Source of the DNA: an uncultured Chryseobacterium sp.
GTDB taxonomy: Bacteria > Bacteroidota > Bacteroidia > Palsa-965
DNA: 64,000 bases
NCBI GenBank assembly: GCA_966211705.1
Contig: CBIHOC010000028.1
Span: forward strand, 13,767-77,766
Direction: 5' to 3'
The translations under genes and the position numbers were made by a program. Under the pieces are notes generated by a model that was given only the letters and a program-made list of their open reading frames with translations, was not told where the DNA came from and searched no databases. This document shows, piece by piece, positions 45,273-56,281 of this stretch (the stretch's first letter is position 1; each line of letters begins with the position of its first letter).

Positions 45273-46307
45273 CTACGGCAGAATAGCCGGCCGCTGTGTA
45301 ATCTCATGATAGCAGATCACATCACCTTTGCAGAAGTAATGCGCGACAAGGCTTTTACGGGATGACGTTTCATTCGTGACGGGCTCGCCTCCGTGTAAAA
45401 GATTTGCATGCCACACCAGCAGGTCGCCTTTTTTCGCCAGGAAAATTTCTTTCTCCGGTTTTTTCTCCTTCACGATCTCCGCGATCTTCTGCTCGTAGTT
45501 CCCGTAGAGGTCGTCGCCCACGGCGAATGCGGAGCTGCTGTGCGGGAAATCCTCGCCCATCACGTACGGGAGCTTGTGACTTCCCACATAATAATGAAGC
45601 GGGCCGCTGTCTGAAGAAATATCTTCCAGCGCCATCCACGTCGCCACGAGGTAGCCGGGCGGCTCGGTGGTCATGTGGATGCTGTCGGAATGCGTTTTCT
45701 GGCGACTGCCTTTCAGGAAGCTGATCGTCTGGAACGGAAGCACCGGGCGGCCGAGCGTGAAGCTGAGAAATTCGTTCAGGCGTTCATCATTCACGATGGT
45801 TTTGATCGCGGGGGAATGTTTCCACGCATTCATCACGCGCGAATTCGTGTAGTCGAAGTCCACCGTTTTTGTGTCGATGAGCTGCTGAAGATCGGCGTTG
45901 ATTTTATCGCACGTGGCGGCATCCGCAAATCCTTCCAGGATCATGTAGCCTTTTTCCGGCCAGGCCAGCAACGCTTCCCGCCACTGCGCCGGGAATTTTT
46001 GCAGGCCGGGATGCTCCTTCAGCTGCGCCGCGCCGCCGGGCTGATCGAGCCAGGGAATATCGCTGCCGGGCTTTGCGATGTCTTTGTGCGCAAGCGGCCC
46101 GACGACAGTACGGTTCACGCCGAAACGGTCGTAGAGCGGCTTATTGCCTTTCAGCTTGCCGTAATGCCGCACGTTGTACAGCACGTGCAGGAGGCGCAGG
46201 CGGCGTAAGGTGGACCAGTAATGTTTGAAGAGGCTCAAAATTGAAAATTCAGGATTCCAAAGATTCAAAGATTTTTGCTGGGAAGATAGGTTGCCTGTTA
46301 TTTTCAT
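45273..46307 (-). CDS. phytanoyl-CoA dioxygenase (PhyH) family protein
   Basis: Fe(II)/2OG dioxygenase HxD...H motifs (HSDSIHM..., WHANLLHGG). Confidence 0.7.
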   Translation of the reverse strand: MKITGNLSSQQKSLNLWNPEFSILSLFKHYWSTLRRLRLLHVLYNVRHYGKLKGNKPLYDRFGVNRTVVGPLAHKDIAKPGSDIPWLDQPGGAAQLKEHPGLQKFPAQWREALLAWPEKGYMILEGFADAATCDKINADLQQLIDTKTVDFDYTNSRVMNAWKHSPAIKTIVNDERLNEFLSFTLGRPVLPFQTISFLKGSRQKTHSDSIHMTTEPPGYLVATWMALEDISSDSGPLHYYVGSHKLPYVMGEDFPHSSSAFAVGDDLYGNYEQKIAEIVKEKKPEKEIFLAKKGDLLVWHANLLHGGEPVTNETSSRKSLVAHYFCKGDVICYHEITQRPAILP

Positions 46308-46380
46308 CGCGCGGGTGGTGTCGGATGCTACATACGACACGGAACGTGCGGCTGGCAAAATTGTACAATTGTCGCTTCCC

Positions 46381-47151
46381 TCAATGCTTTGATGCCTTTA
46401 CCCGAAAATTTTTCGCCAGCGAAAACACCTGCTTCTCCAGCCGCACCTGCTCCGCGCGCAGCTTCGACAACAACTTTTTATCCGCCGACCGCGCTTTCTT
46501 CAGCAACAGTTGCGCGTCAAGAATATCATGCCACGTGCCGATGAGCTCCTGCAGCTTCGTGAGGTACAGCTTGCCGAACTTCAGCTTCGCGGCGAGCGGC
46601 TTGCCGAGCGAGGCGTGGATGTAAAGTAAGTTTTTCAGCTTCTTACGACATTCGTGGAGCTGCTCCGGGTCGCGGGTGGAGAAAAGGGTGGAAAGCTGGT
46701 CGAGCTGCGTGGCGGACATGTTCTGCACGTATTTGTCGTCGATGTCTTTCAGCTTGCGGAGGAACTTTTTTTTGACGGGCTTGAGCGAATCGAGATAATC
46801 GTCCACGTTATCGCGGAATTTTATCGACTGTTTTCTCAACGCGGTTTCCTGCGACCTGCGGAACGTATCGCCGGGAATTTTGTAGTTGTCGAGCAACTGG
46901 AGGTTAACGTGCGGCGTGCGCACACCGGCGGCATCTTTAAACAACGTTTTCACCGGTTTGAATTCCCCCGGCAAATGCCCGCTGTCGAGCGCGTCGGACT
47001 GGAGCAAAAGGATTGCCCGCAACTTTTTTATCTCCACGCGGAGCTTGTGCAATTCTTCCGGCTCCTGTGTTTTCCGGAACGCGCGCAGGCGGGTGCGGAT
47101 GGCGCTGAAACGCTTGCCGATGATTTTGGCTGTTCTTTTCTTTTTCAGCAT
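46381..47151 (-). CDS. CHAD domain-containing protein
   Basis: Helical, HKLRVEIKKLRA... CHAD-like pattern. Confidence 0.6.
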   Translation of the reverse strand: MLKKKRTAKIIGKRFSAIRTRLRAFRKTQEPEELHKLRVEIKKLRAILLLQSDALDSGHLPGEFKPVKTLFKDAAGVRTPHVNLQLLDNYKIPGDTFRRSQETALRKQSIKFRDNVDDYLDSLKPVKKKFLRKLKDIDDKYVQNMSATQLDQLSTLFSTRDPEQLHECRKKLKNLLYIHASLGKPLAAKLKFGKLYLTKLQELIGTWHDILDAQLLLKKARSADKKLLSKLRAEQVRLEKQVFSLAKNFRVKASKH

Positions 47152-47288
47152 GGTGTGCGGGGCAATATTAAAGTTACGGCAGTTTAACCGTGCCTGCATG
47201 TTAAGTTTTTAACCGGGAGGCTGGAAGCGCAATCTATTGGCCTCAGGTTCAAATCAGTAACAGCCCGCTCCATTTCCCGCGAAAACCG

Positions 47289-47296
47289 CTATTTTT
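47289..47296 (+). promoter_or_regulatory. -7 box TATTTTTG, 37 nt upstream of the E2 gene
   Basis: Matches TAnnTTTG. Confidence 0.4.
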
Positions 47297-47332
47297 GCGG
47301 AACAATAACAGCATCCAAATTCAGAATTTCCT

Positions 47333-48730
47333 ATGGCGCAGGTAGAACTGATCATGCCGAAAATGGGCGAAAGCGTCGCCGAAGCTACGATCATCAAATG
47401 GCTGAAGAACGAGGGCGACAAGATCGCGCTCGACGAGCCGGTGCTGGAGATCGCAACCGATAAGGTCGATTCCGAAATCCCTTCCCCGTTCGAAGGTGTT
47501 CTCACTAAAAAACTCTTCAACGAAGGCGACGTGGTGCAGGTCGGCAAAGCCGTCGCCCTCATTTCCACCGAAGCGGATGCCGCCACCTCTTCCGCCCCGC
47601 AAACTTCCGCGCCCGCTGCAGAAAAACAAAACGCCACTGCCGACGCATTCCCGACCGCGGTGAACAACCAGATCACAGACGCGGTTACCCAGGCGGTCAA
47701 CGAACAGGTCACGGACACGGTGAAGACCGGCGAATCCGGCCGCTTCTACAGCCCGCTCGTGCGCAACATCGCCAGGCAGGAAGGCATTTCCGTAGCCGAG
47801 CTCGAAACCATTCCCGGAACCGGCCAGCACGGACGCGTCACGAAAAACGACATTCTCAGTTACCTCCCGAATAAAGGAAAAGCCCAGCCACAGAAACAGG
47901 TGGCCCAGCCTTCTATCTCTTCCAACGGTAACGGATCGACCAGCACCACCACCGCGAAACCCGAAACTGCACAAACTTCCCAGCCCGTGCAGCACAAGGC
48001 CCCGGCCGTAACGATGATGAACGGCGACGAGATCATCGAGATGGACCGCATGCGCAAGCTCATCTCCGAGCACATGGTGATGAGCAAGCACACCGCCCCG
48101 CACGTCACGTCATTCGTGGAAGCCGACGTCACCAACCTCGTGCTCTGGCGCGAGAAAGTGAAAAAAGATTTCGAAAAACGCGAAAAAGAAAAGCTCACGT
48201 TCACGCCGCTCTTCATCGAAGCCGTGGTGAAAGCGATCAAGGATTTCCCGATGATCAACATCTCCGTCGACGGGCAGCGCATCATCGTGCGCAAGAACAT
48301 CAACATCGGCATGGCGGCGGCGCTTCCCAGCGGTAACCTCATCGTGCCCGTGATCAAGAACGCCGACCGCATGAACCTGTTCGGCCTGACCGCAGCGGTG
48401 AACGACCTTTCTTCCCGCGCCCGCGCCGGCAAGCTTACGCCCGACGACATTTCCGGCGGAACGTACACGCTTTCCAACGTCGGCACGTTCGGCAACGTGA
48501 TGGGAACGCCCATCATCAACCAGCCGCAGGTGGCCATCCTCGCCGTCGGCGCGATCCGCAAAAAACCCGCCGTCATCGAAACACCTTCCGGCGACACGAT
48601 CGGCATCCGTCACATGATGTTCCTCTCCCACTCCTACGACCACCGCGTGGTGGACGGCGCGCTGGGCGGGCAGTTTGTCCGGAGAGTTGCGGATTACCTG
48701 GAGCAGTGGGACCTGAACAGGGAGATTTAA
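47333..48730 (+). CDS. 2-oxoacid dehydrogenase E2 component (dihydrolipoyllysine-residue acyltransferase)
   Basis: Lipoyl domain (IATDKVDSEIPSP), E3-binding domain (RNIARQEGISVAEL...GTGQHGRVTKNDI), catalytic SHSYDHRVVDGALGG. Confidence 0.9.
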   Translation: MAQVELIMPKMGESVAEATIIKWLKNEGDKIALDEPVLEIATDKVDSEIPSPFEGVLTKKLFNEGDVVQVGKAVALISTEADAATSSAPQTSAPAAEKQNATADAFPTAVNNQITDAVTQAVNEQVTDTVKTGESGRFYSPLVRNIARQEGISVAELETIPGTGQHGRVTKNDILSYLPNKGKAQPQKQVAQPSISSNGNGSTSTTTAKPETAQTSQPVQHKAPAVTMMNGDEIIEMDRMRKLISEHMVMSKHTAPHVTSFVEADVTNLVLWREKVKKDFEKREKEKLTFTPLFIEAVVKAIKDFPMINISVDGQRIIVRKNINIGMAAALPSGNLIVPVIKNADRMNLFGLTAAVNDLSSRARAGKLTPDDISGGTYTLSNVGTFGNVMGTPIINQPQVAILAVGAIRKKPAVIETPSGDTIGIRHMMFLSHSYDHRVVDGALGGQFVRRVADYLEQWDLNREI

Positions 48731-48813
48731 ACTCTACCCCGGATTCAGCAATTCTCCACAGGAGTCCTTCGTACCAATCGCGTTCGCTTCATTATCATTG
48801 AAAAAATCTGCTT

Positions 48814-49398
48814 ATGAAAAACTCTATTATCCTGGTTCTTGCACTACTGGTTTTTACGGCAATTGCAAACGGGCAATCACGGTGTATCGTCGTAAAATTT
48901 AATGGAGATACGCTCCGATGCGATAATGTTTCAGCAGGCGGAAAAACTATCGTTTGTAAAACCAAAGGCGCGGACAAAATCAAGCTCCAGGCGACAGAAG
49001 TAAAATATTATATGGAGCCTTTTCGCATGTATGAAACCTCTAACGGAGAAACGAAAAAACTGGACACGCTCCGCAAGAAGTTTGTGCCCGGAGATGGAAA
49101 AATTCATACAGTGCTCATGGAAAACGATTCGGTTTACCTTTCGGAAATTACAAAGACCATAGATGGCATGGAGTTCCAGGATTACTATATCCACCGTAAG
49201 CAGAATAACGGGGAAATCATGGAAATCAGGGAAGACAAAACAGCCATTAATGTGCTGGCGAAATACTTTGGCGGCTCTTGTCCTGAATTCGATAAAGCAA
49301 TTGCAGATGCACGGCCAAAATTCCAGAAGAAACTTTTCCCGATAGTCGAATGGAGAACCCTCATCTACATATATACAACTAAGTGCGGACGGGGCTAA
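48814..49398 (+). CDS. hypothetical secreted protein in an AT-rich island
   Basis: Signal peptide MKNSIILVLALLVFTAIANGQ. Local GC is far below the window average. Confidence 0.5.
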   Translation: MKNSIILVLALLVFTAIANGQSRCIVVKFNGDTLRCDNVSAGGKTIVCKTKGADKIKLQATEVKYYMEPFRMYETSNGETKKLDTLRKKFVPGDGKIHTVLMENDSVYLSEITKTIDGMEFQDYYIHRKQNNGEIMEIREDKTAINVLAKYFGGSCPEFDKAIADARPKFQKKLFPIVEWRTLIYIYTTKCGRG

Positions 49399-49548
49399 CT
49401 AACTTCTTGCCTGAACGACCACGCCGCAGCCAGCGGAGTTTCAAGAAATTATTGAACAGCAAGCGAACCGATAGCTTCGGGATGAATTGTTGAATGATTC
49501 CCGGAAAGTTCCCATCCTTCCGGAATGAATGCTCGTCGGCGATTTTTC

Positions 49549-49556
49549 TATCTTTG
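49549..49556 (+). promoter_or_regulatory. -7 box TATCTTTG, 21 nt upstream of PorE-like paralog 1
   Basis: Matches TAnnTTTG. Supports the 49577 start. Confidence 0.4.
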
Positions 49557-49576
49557 ACAGCCTTTTAGCCGGACCC

Positions 49577-51619
49577 ATGAAAAAGACCTTCCTCGGCGCC
49601 GCCGCGCTCGTTTCCATCGTTATTTTCCTTCTTGCAGCCGGAATGCCCAAAGCTGCCCGCCAGAATATCGTCAAGGGCGATTCGTATTTTGTCGTCGAGC
49701 AATATGAAGAGGCGCTGAACTATTACAGCGAAGCATTCAAGCTCGATCCGGCCAATGCCAACCTTTCGTTCAAGATGGGCGTTTGCTGCCTCAACATTTC
49801 CCGTGAAAAAGCGAACGCGGAAAAGTACCTGTTCATCGCTGTTTCCAGTGTTTCCCTGAAATACCGCGAGACGAGCGTGAAAGAGCGCAAAGCTCCTCCG
49901 GTCGCCTATTTCTATTACGGGCAGGCGCTGCACTTCAATGCGAAGTTCGACGACGCGATCGCCGCCTTTGAAAGCTACAAAACGTATGTCGACCCGGCGG
50001 ATACGAAAACGATGAACGAGATCGCCCTGCGCATCACCTGGTGCAACAACGGGAAAACGCTCATGGCGAATCCCGTGAACATCAAAGTGGAAAACGTCGG
50101 GCAAGGCGTGAACACGGAATTCCCGGAATATTCCCCGGTGATCTCTGCCGACCAGCGCACGCTCATCTTCACCGCGCGCCGCGCCTCCACCACGGGCGGC
50201 CAGAAAGATGCGCGCGACGGGATGTATTTCGAAGACCTTTACATCAGCACGCGCGACGACGCCGGCAACTGGTCGGCCGCCATGCCGATGGGCAACAACA
50301 TCAACACCCCCGGCCACGAGGCCACGATCGGCATCAGCGCCGACGGGCAGCAACTCCTCATTTATAAGGACGACGCCGGCGACGGCAACGTGTACATCAG
50401 CCAGCTCATGGGCGCCAACTGGATGATGCCGCAGAAGCTCACGGAAAACGTCAACAGCAAAGCCTGGGAACCCAGCGCCTGCATCACGCCCGACGGGAAC
50501 ACGCTTTATTTCACGAGCAACGTTGCCGGCGGTTTCGGCGGACGCGACATCTACAAATCGGTGCGCCTGCCCAACGGGGAATGGTCGAAACCGACTAACC
50601 TCGGCCCGAAGATCAATTCCGCCTACGATGAAGACGCGCCGGCCATTCTCGCCGACGGGCAGACGCTTTATTTCGCCTCCAACGGCACGAAGTCGATGGG
50701 CGGGTTCGATATTCTCTTCACGACATTTTCTCCCGACAGCGGCTGGAGCGAGCCGGCAAACGTTGGCTACCCGGTGAATTCCACGGACGACGACGTGTTC
50801 TTCGCGCCCACGCCGGACAACACGCACGCGTATTTTTCTTCCGCCAACAACCCGGGCGGTTACGGCGAAAAGGATATTTATTTCCTCACCTTCCCGGAAA
50901 AAGAAGAAACGCGCCTCACCGTCCTCGAAGGCTCCATCACCAGCATCTACGGCGGCATCCCCGAAAATACGGTCATCACGGTGACGGACGTGGAAACGGG
51001 CGATATCATGGGCATGTACGTGCCGAACAGCGCGACGGGCCGTTACGTCATCATCCTTCCCCCGGGCCGCAACTACAGCATCAGCTACGAAGCCACCGAT
51101 TACCTCTACCAGTCCGACAACATCAACATTGCCGATACGATGGCGTACCAGGTGATCGAACGTCCCGTAGAGCTCGAGCCGCTCAAAGTGGGACAAAAGA
51201 TCGTCGTGCGGAACATCTTTTTCGCTTCAGGAAAATCGCAGCTTGCACCCGAATCCAAAATGGAGCTCGACAAGCTGGTGGACCTGATGACGAAATTCCC
51301 GAAGCTTATTCTTGAAATTTCCGGCCACACCGACGCCGCCGGCTCCGATGAGCTCAACCAGCGCCTTTCCGAGCAGCGCGCCCAGTCTGTCGCCGATTAC
51401 CTCATCGCGCACGGCATCGACAAAAGCCGCCTGCGCACCGTCGGCTACGGGGAATCCAAACCGATCGCCGTCAATTACAACAAGGACGGCTCGCCCAACC
51501 GCAACGGCATGGCGATGAACCGGCGCTTCGAATTCACCGTGCTGAGCGTGGACGGCGTGCTGAAAGACGTGGTGGAGCCGATCAACGTGCCGGAAAACCT
51601 GAAGAATAAAGGGAAATAG
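49577..51619 (+). CDS. PorE-like protein: TPR + PD40/TolB beta-propeller + CarboxypepD_reg + OmpA_C (paralog 1)
   Basis: MKKTFLGAAALV signal. TPR-like YYSEAFKLDPANANLSFKMGVCCL. PD40 blades SPDGNTLYFTSNVAGGFGGRDIYKS / LYFASNGTKSMGGFDILF. CRD RLTVLEGSIT...VTDVETG. OmpA_C NIFFASGKSQL...ISGHTDAAGSDELNQRLSEQRAQSV...NRRFEFTV. Confidence 0.7.
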   Translation: MKKTFLGAAALVSIVIFLLAAGMPKAARQNIVKGDSYFVVEQYEEALNYYSEAFKLDPANANLSFKMGVCCLNISREKANAEKYLFIAVSSVSLKYRETSVKERKAPPVAYFYYGQALHFNAKFDDAIAAFESYKTYVDPADTKTMNEIALRITWCNNGKTLMANPVNIKVENVGQGVNTEFPEYSPVISADQRTLIFTARRASTTGGQKDARDGMYFEDLYISTRDDAGNWSAAMPMGNNINTPGHEATIGISADGQQLLIYKDDAGDGNVYISQLMGANWMMPQKLTENVNSKAWEPSACITPDGNTLYFTSNVAGGFGGRDIYKSVRLPNGEWSKPTNLGPKINSAYDEDAPAILADGQTLYFASNGTKSMGGFDILFTTFSPDSGWSEPANVGYPVNSTDDDVFFAPTPDNTHAYFSSANNPGGYGEKDIYFLTFPEKEETRLTVLEGSITSIYGGIPENTVITVTDVETGDIMGMYVPNSATGRYVIILPPGRNYSISYEATDYLYQSDNINIADTMAYQVIERPVELEPLKVGQKIVVRNIFFASGKSQLAPESKMELDKLVDLMTKFPKLILEISGHTDAAGSDELNQRLSEQRAQSVADYLIAHGIDKSRLRTVGYGESKPIAVNYNKDGSPNRNGMAMNRRFEFTVLSVDGVLKDVVEPINVPENLKNKGK

Positions 51620-51713
51620 GCTTCGATACGGTCGGCAGACTGAGACGCGCCCTCCTTGTTATCAACTTGACATTCAGGTAAATCCTTCGTATTTTTAAAG
51701 TTCATATTCCCTC

Positions 51714-53897
51714 ATGATGAACTTTCTCCGGATTCTTCTCGCCGGTTGCCTGTTGCTCGCAGCGCTGCCGGCCGAGGCTAAAAAAGCTCTCGACGAGCGC
51801 AAGATGGCGCGTAAAGCGGAAACGCATTTCCAGTTTTCGGAATATGACGAAGCGCTGCCGATGTTCCTCAAGTTGCTGGAAAAGAACCCGGACAATGCGA
51901 GGTATTGCTTTTACACGGGCATCTGCTATTACTACTCCTCCACCGCCCGCCCGCTTGCCGTGCCCTATTTCGAACGCGCGCTGCGCCTGCCGGGGATCGA
52001 TAAAACGGCCGACCTGTATCTCCACGCGGGCCTCGCCTATTTATCCGTCAACCGCTTCGGCGACGCGAGCACATGCTTCCATTTGTTCCGCCAGAAAGCC
52101 GACGCAGCTTACGATCCCACCGTCGCCGACCGCCTCATTAAATATTGCGAAAACGGCCTGAAGTTCTGGGCGAAACCGGCCCGCGCGCGCATCCGCAACC
52201 TCGGAAAGAACGTGAACTCGAAATATCCCGATTACGCGCCGGTGTTCACCAAAGACGAAAGCCAGCTGCTGTTCACTTCGAAACGCCCGGGCACGACCGG
52301 CGGCCGAAGGGATGAGAACGGCTATTTCTACGAAGACATTTACCTCTCGAGAAATCTCGCCAGCCGCAAATGGGGCGAATCGGGGCGTTACGACACATCG
52401 TACAAAGCCCCGAAATTCGGGCCGTTCCGCTTTTTCTTCGCGCGCGCCGAAAATGTTTCGGAGATCAACACCAACGACCACGACGGATCCATCGCCATGT
52501 CGCCGGAAGGGGAAAACCTGTTCATCTACCGCTACGGCGACATCTGGAAAGCGGCGTGGGGCGGGTCGCGCTGGGAAAAACCGGAAAAGCTGCACCAGGA
52601 AGTGGACGCGCGTTCGAGCGTCGAGCCCAGCCTTTGTTTTTCGCCCGACGGCAATACGCTTTATTTTGTGAGCGACCGGAAAGGCGGCATGGGCGGGAAA
52701 GACATCTGGATGTGCCGGAAAAATGGGAATTCGTGGAGCCTTCCGGAAAATCTCGGGCCGAAGATCAACACCGCGCAGAATGAAGATGCGCCCAATCTTA
52801 CGAAAGACGGTAACACGCTTTATTTTTCCTCCGAAGGCCACAACAGCATGGGCGGCTTCGACGTGTTCCGCTCGGATATGGCCGCCGACGGTTCCTGGGA
52901 TGCGCCTGAAAATCTCGGGGCGCCGATCAATAACGGCGGTGACGATATTTTTTACACGCCCGGGCAGGACGGGAACTTCGCGTATTACGCCACGCTCAAC
53001 CGCTACGATGAAGGCGATCTCGATCTGTATTCGGTGATGTATTATCCCGAAGTGAAACCCATGGCAAAGCTGCGGCTGGCGAAAGACGAGCTTCCCGCAG
53101 GCGCAAGCGTACAGCTCGTGGTCGACAACGGCAATGGCCCGAAAACGTACGACGTTGCTGCCGGCGACAGCGTGATGTATGAATTCACGCCCGGCGGAAC
53201 AGCCATGATCACGGTGAAAGCCGACGGTTATCGCCCATTCGCCGACACGATCGTGCTCAGCGGGACCGAATACGAATATGCCCTGCAGGAAATTTCCGTG
53301 GGCACGAAAGACGACGATCGCCTTGCGCTGCAGCTCAGCAGCTATTTCTTCGACATCGATTACGCCGTAGATGCCGACACGCTGCTCGACCAGCTGGCCG
53401 ACCGGAAGCAGGCCCGCACGCTTTTCCTCGGCGGCCTCACCGACATGCGTTCCGTGTACACCGCGTACAGCACGCAGGCCGACCGCGTCACGCTCGTCAG
53501 CGCCGGCAGCACGATCGACCCGCTGGCCGCAACTGCACTGGCTTCGGGCGGATCATGGCTCACGCTGGACAATGGGCAGGTGCTGTTCGACGTCAACGAA
53601 GCGTTCGTGCGCAACGACATGAAAGCCCAGCTCGACCGGATGGCAAACATGTTGAAAAAAGATCCTTCGGCCACGCTGCGCATCACCGGCCACGCCGACA
53701 GCCAGGGCGGCGACGACTACAACCTGAAGCTTTCGAAGCGCAGGGCGACCGCGGTGAGAAATTATTTCATCATCAGCGGCATTTCCCCCTCGCGCCTTGT
53801 CGTGCAGGGCGAAGGCGAAAATGTTCCCGTGGCGCCGAACGACAACCCGCAGGGCCGCAGCATGAACCGCCGTGTCGAGATCCAGCTCGTGCGCTGA
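51714..53897 (+). CDS. PorE-like protein: TPR + PD40 + CRD + OmpA_C (paralog 2)
   Basis: LLAGC lipobox-like signal. SPDGNTLYFVSDRKGGMGGKDIWM, LYFSSEGHNSMGGFDVF. OmpA_C ITGHADSQGGDDYNLKLSKRRATAV...NRRVEIQLV. Confidence 0.7.
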   Translation: MMNFLRILLAGCLLLAALPAEAKKALDERKMARKAETHFQFSEYDEALPMFLKLLEKNPDNARYCFYTGICYYYSSTARPLAVPYFERALRLPGIDKTADLYLHAGLAYLSVNRFGDASTCFHLFRQKADAAYDPTVADRLIKYCENGLKFWAKPARARIRNLGKNVNSKYPDYAPVFTKDESQLLFTSKRPGTTGGRRDENGYFYEDIYLSRNLASRKWGESGRYDTSYKAPKFGPFRFFFARAENVSEINTNDHDGSIAMSPEGENLFIYRYGDIWKAAWGGSRWEKPEKLHQEVDARSSVEPSLCFSPDGNTLYFVSDRKGGMGGKDIWMCRKNGNSWSLPENLGPKINTAQNEDAPNLTKDGNTLYFSSEGHNSMGGFDVFRSDMAADGSWDAPENLGAPINNGGDDIFYTPGQDGNFAYYATLNRYDEGDLDLYSVMYYPEVKPMAKLRLAKDELPAGASVQLVVDNGNGPKTYDVAAGDSVMYEFTPGGTAMITVKADGYRPFADTIVLSGTEYEYALQEISVGTKDDDRLALQLSSYFFDIDYAVDADTLLDQLADRKQARTLFLGGLTDMRSVYTAYSTQADRVTLVSAGSTIDPLAATALASGGSWLTLDNGQVLFDVNEAFVRNDMKAQLDRMANMLKKDPSATLRITGHADSQGGDDYNLKLSKRRATAVRNYFIISGISPSRLVVQGEGENVPVAPNDNPQGRSMNRRVEIQLVR

Positions 53898-53946
53898 ACA
53901 TGCTCTATATCAGCCGCATTTTTCGACAAATATCCGGATAAAGGAT

Positions 53947-53954
53947 TATTTTTG
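53947..53954 (+). promoter_or_regulatory. -7 box TATTTTTG upstream of paralog 3
   Basis: Matches TAnnTTTG, 36 nt before the ATG. Confidence 0.4.
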
Positions 53955-53989
53955 CGGAAATGCACCCCGCGATTTAAAGTAAACTGTTT

Positions 53990-56083
53990 ATGATTTTGAA
54001 GCGCATTGTATTGTTGCTCCTCGTCGTGTTTTCGGGAGCGATCCTGAGGGGGCAGACGCCTATTCCCGGCAATTACAGGGACAATTTCCTTGAAGGCAAC
54101 CGCCTCATCGAGGAGAAGAACTGGCCGATGGCGCTGCTTTATTTCCAGGAAGCCTACAAGGTGGATTCCACGAACGCCAACATCAACTACAAGATGGGCC
54201 TTTGCTACCTGAATTCCGCCTCGGAAAAAGACAAAGCCCTGCCGTTCCTCCGCATTGCCGCCCGCGACGTAGCACGCAATTACGACCCGTACGAGCCGAA
54301 AGTGAAAAAGGCACCCGAGAATACGTTCTACTATCTCGCACAGGCGTACCATTACAATTACAAGTTCGATTCGGCCATCAGCTATTTCGACTCGTACAAA
54401 GCCATCCTCGGCAACCGCGATCCCGCCACCACCAAAGACATCAACACGCGCATCAACTGGTCGATGAACGCACAGGAATTCATGCGCTCTCCCCTGCCCG
54501 TGACGATCGCCAACATGGGCGACAGCATCAACGGCAGCCTGCCCGACTACGGCCCCGTGATCTCGATCGATGAGAACACGATCATCTTCACTTCCCGCCG
54601 TTTCGGGGAAAGAGCCATCGACGGACAGTTTTACGAAGACATCCTCATTTCGGAAAAGAAAGCCGACGGAACGTGGACCACGGCGCGTCCCATCAGTCCA
54701 TACATCAACACCGTGACGAACGAGGCGACGATCTCCCTTTCCGCCGACGGGCAGAAGCTTTTCCTTTACCGCGATGACGGGGGCGGGGACATTTATTCCA
54801 GCACGAACATGAACGGCGAATGGATGGCGCCGGTGCCGCTCGGCGGCGAGATCAACACCAAATACTGGGAAACGCACGCCTGTCTTTCGGCCGACGGAAA
54901 TACGCTTTATTTCGTGAGCGATCGCCCGGGCGGGTTCGGCGGGCGCGACATCTACCGCTGCGTGCTGCTGCCCAACGGGAAATGGTCGAAAGCCCTCAAC
55001 CTCGGACCTGCGGTGAATACGGCGGAGGACGAGGACGCCCCGTTCATTCACCCCGACCAGCAAACGCTTTTCTTCTCCTCCAAAGGACACAAGTCCATGG
55101 GCGGCTTCGACATTTTCTTCACGTCGAAAAATGAAGAAGGCATGTGGGCCGCCCCGGTGAATATCGGCTACCCGATCAACACGCCGGACGACGACATTTT
55201 TTACATGACTTCGCCGGACGGTAAGCGCGCTTATTTTTCTTCCGTGCGTGAAGGCGGTTACGGTGAAAAGGACATTTACATGGCCACGCTGGAAAAGGCG
55301 GTGGACGTGAGCCTCACGCTGCTCAAGGGCCGCATCTACAACGCCGACGGCAGCCCGCTCACGCAGAAGATCGACATTATCGTGACGAACAGCCTTTCGG
55401 GCGAGCTGAACGGGAACTACAAGCCGAACAAGAACGGCAACTTCACGATCATCCTCAACCCGGGCAACACGTACCAGATCTCCTACCTCGTCGACGATAA
55501 AGAATTCTCCAACGAGATCATCGACATTCCCGCCGGTTCCGGCTTCGACGTGATCGAACGCGCGATCGACCTGCGCGACCTTGTGCTCGGAAAGCTCCCG
55601 ACGACGTTCCCGAAAGACACGAACCTGGTGCGCGTCAACCCGCTTCCCGGGGATTCCGTGAAGCCCGGACAGCGCCCGAAGAACTGGAAAGCAGAGCTGA
55701 CGGAAACGCACAACCTGAATTTCTCGATGTTCTTCAAATACAACATTTCGAGCATCGACCCGAACGATCCCGATTTCAAAACGTTCATCGACAGCTGCGT
55801 GGCGCACATCAATAAGTTCGGCGAGATCAATTTCCGGATTACCGCCGCCGCTTCGCAGGTTCCGACAAAGAAATTCAAGGACAACAAAGAGCTTGCCCGC
55901 GACCGTGCAGACAAAGCCCAGGCCGTGGTCGACAAAGCGCTGAAAGCGAAAGGCGTCGACATGTCGAAGGTGCACTGGGTGAAAGTCAACGCATACGTGC
56001 TTGGCCCCCAGTACAAGTCCGACTTCGAGAAACGGAAAGCGACGTACGAGAAATACCAGTACGTAAAGATCCGGGGATACTAA
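53990..56083 (+). CDS. PorE-like protein: TPR + PD40 + CRD with a divergent non-canonical C-terminal domain (paralog 3)
   Basis: YFQEAYKVDSTNANINYKMGLCYLN. SADGNTLYFVSDRPGGFGGRDIYR, LFFSSKGHKSMGGFDIFF. C-terminus lacks the OmpA_C signature. Confidence 0.65.
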   Translation: MILKRIVLLLLVVFSGAILRGQTPIPGNYRDNFLEGNRLIEEKNWPMALLYFQEAYKVDSTNANINYKMGLCYLNSASEKDKALPFLRIAARDVARNYDPYEPKVKKAPENTFYYLAQAYHYNYKFDSAISYFDSYKAILGNRDPATTKDINTRINWSMNAQEFMRSPLPVTIANMGDSINGSLPDYGPVISIDENTIIFTSRRFGERAIDGQFYEDILISEKKADGTWTTARPISPYINTVTNEATISLSADGQKLFLYRDDGGGDIYSSTNMNGEWMAPVPLGGEINTKYWETHACLSADGNTLYFVSDRPGGFGGRDIYRCVLLPNGKWSKALNLGPAVNTAEDEDAPFIHPDQQTLFFSSKGHKSMGGFDIFFTSKNEEGMWAAPVNIGYPINTPDDDIFYMTSPDGKRAYFSSVREGGYGEKDIYMATLEKAVDVSLTLLKGRIYNADGSPLTQKIDIIVTNSLSGELNGNYKPNKNGNFTIILNPGNTYQISYLVDDKEFSNEIIDIPAGSGFDVIERAIDLRDLVLGKLPTTFPKDTNLVRVNPLPGDSVKPGQRPKNWKAELTETHNLNFSMFFKYNISSIDPNDPDFKTFIDSCVAHINKFGEINFRITAAASQVPTKKFKDNKELARDRADKAQAVVDKALKAKGVDMSKVHWVKVNAYVLGPQYKSDFEKRKATYEKYQYVKIRGY

Positions 56084-56281
56084 ACCGTAAACATCAAAAG
56101 AGGCGTCGTAAAAGGCGCCTTTTTTTATTCCCTGTCCCATGTCTTTTACCGGCAACAGCAGGTATCAACCGATACCTTTCACCAGACTGGTAAAAAAGCG
56201 GGTATTTTGCTATTTTTGAAGAGAATAACCTCCTTTGGAGCAGTTATTGTTTGACCTAACCCAACCATCGAGAATCCTTAC

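Noticed and set aside
49565-51196. 543-aa minus-strand ORF (and similarly 53762..56155, 797 aa; 52041..52841)
   Set aside because: These are antisense to the PorE-like genes, which have clear domain motifs. Their translations are R/G/A/V-rich with no motifs.
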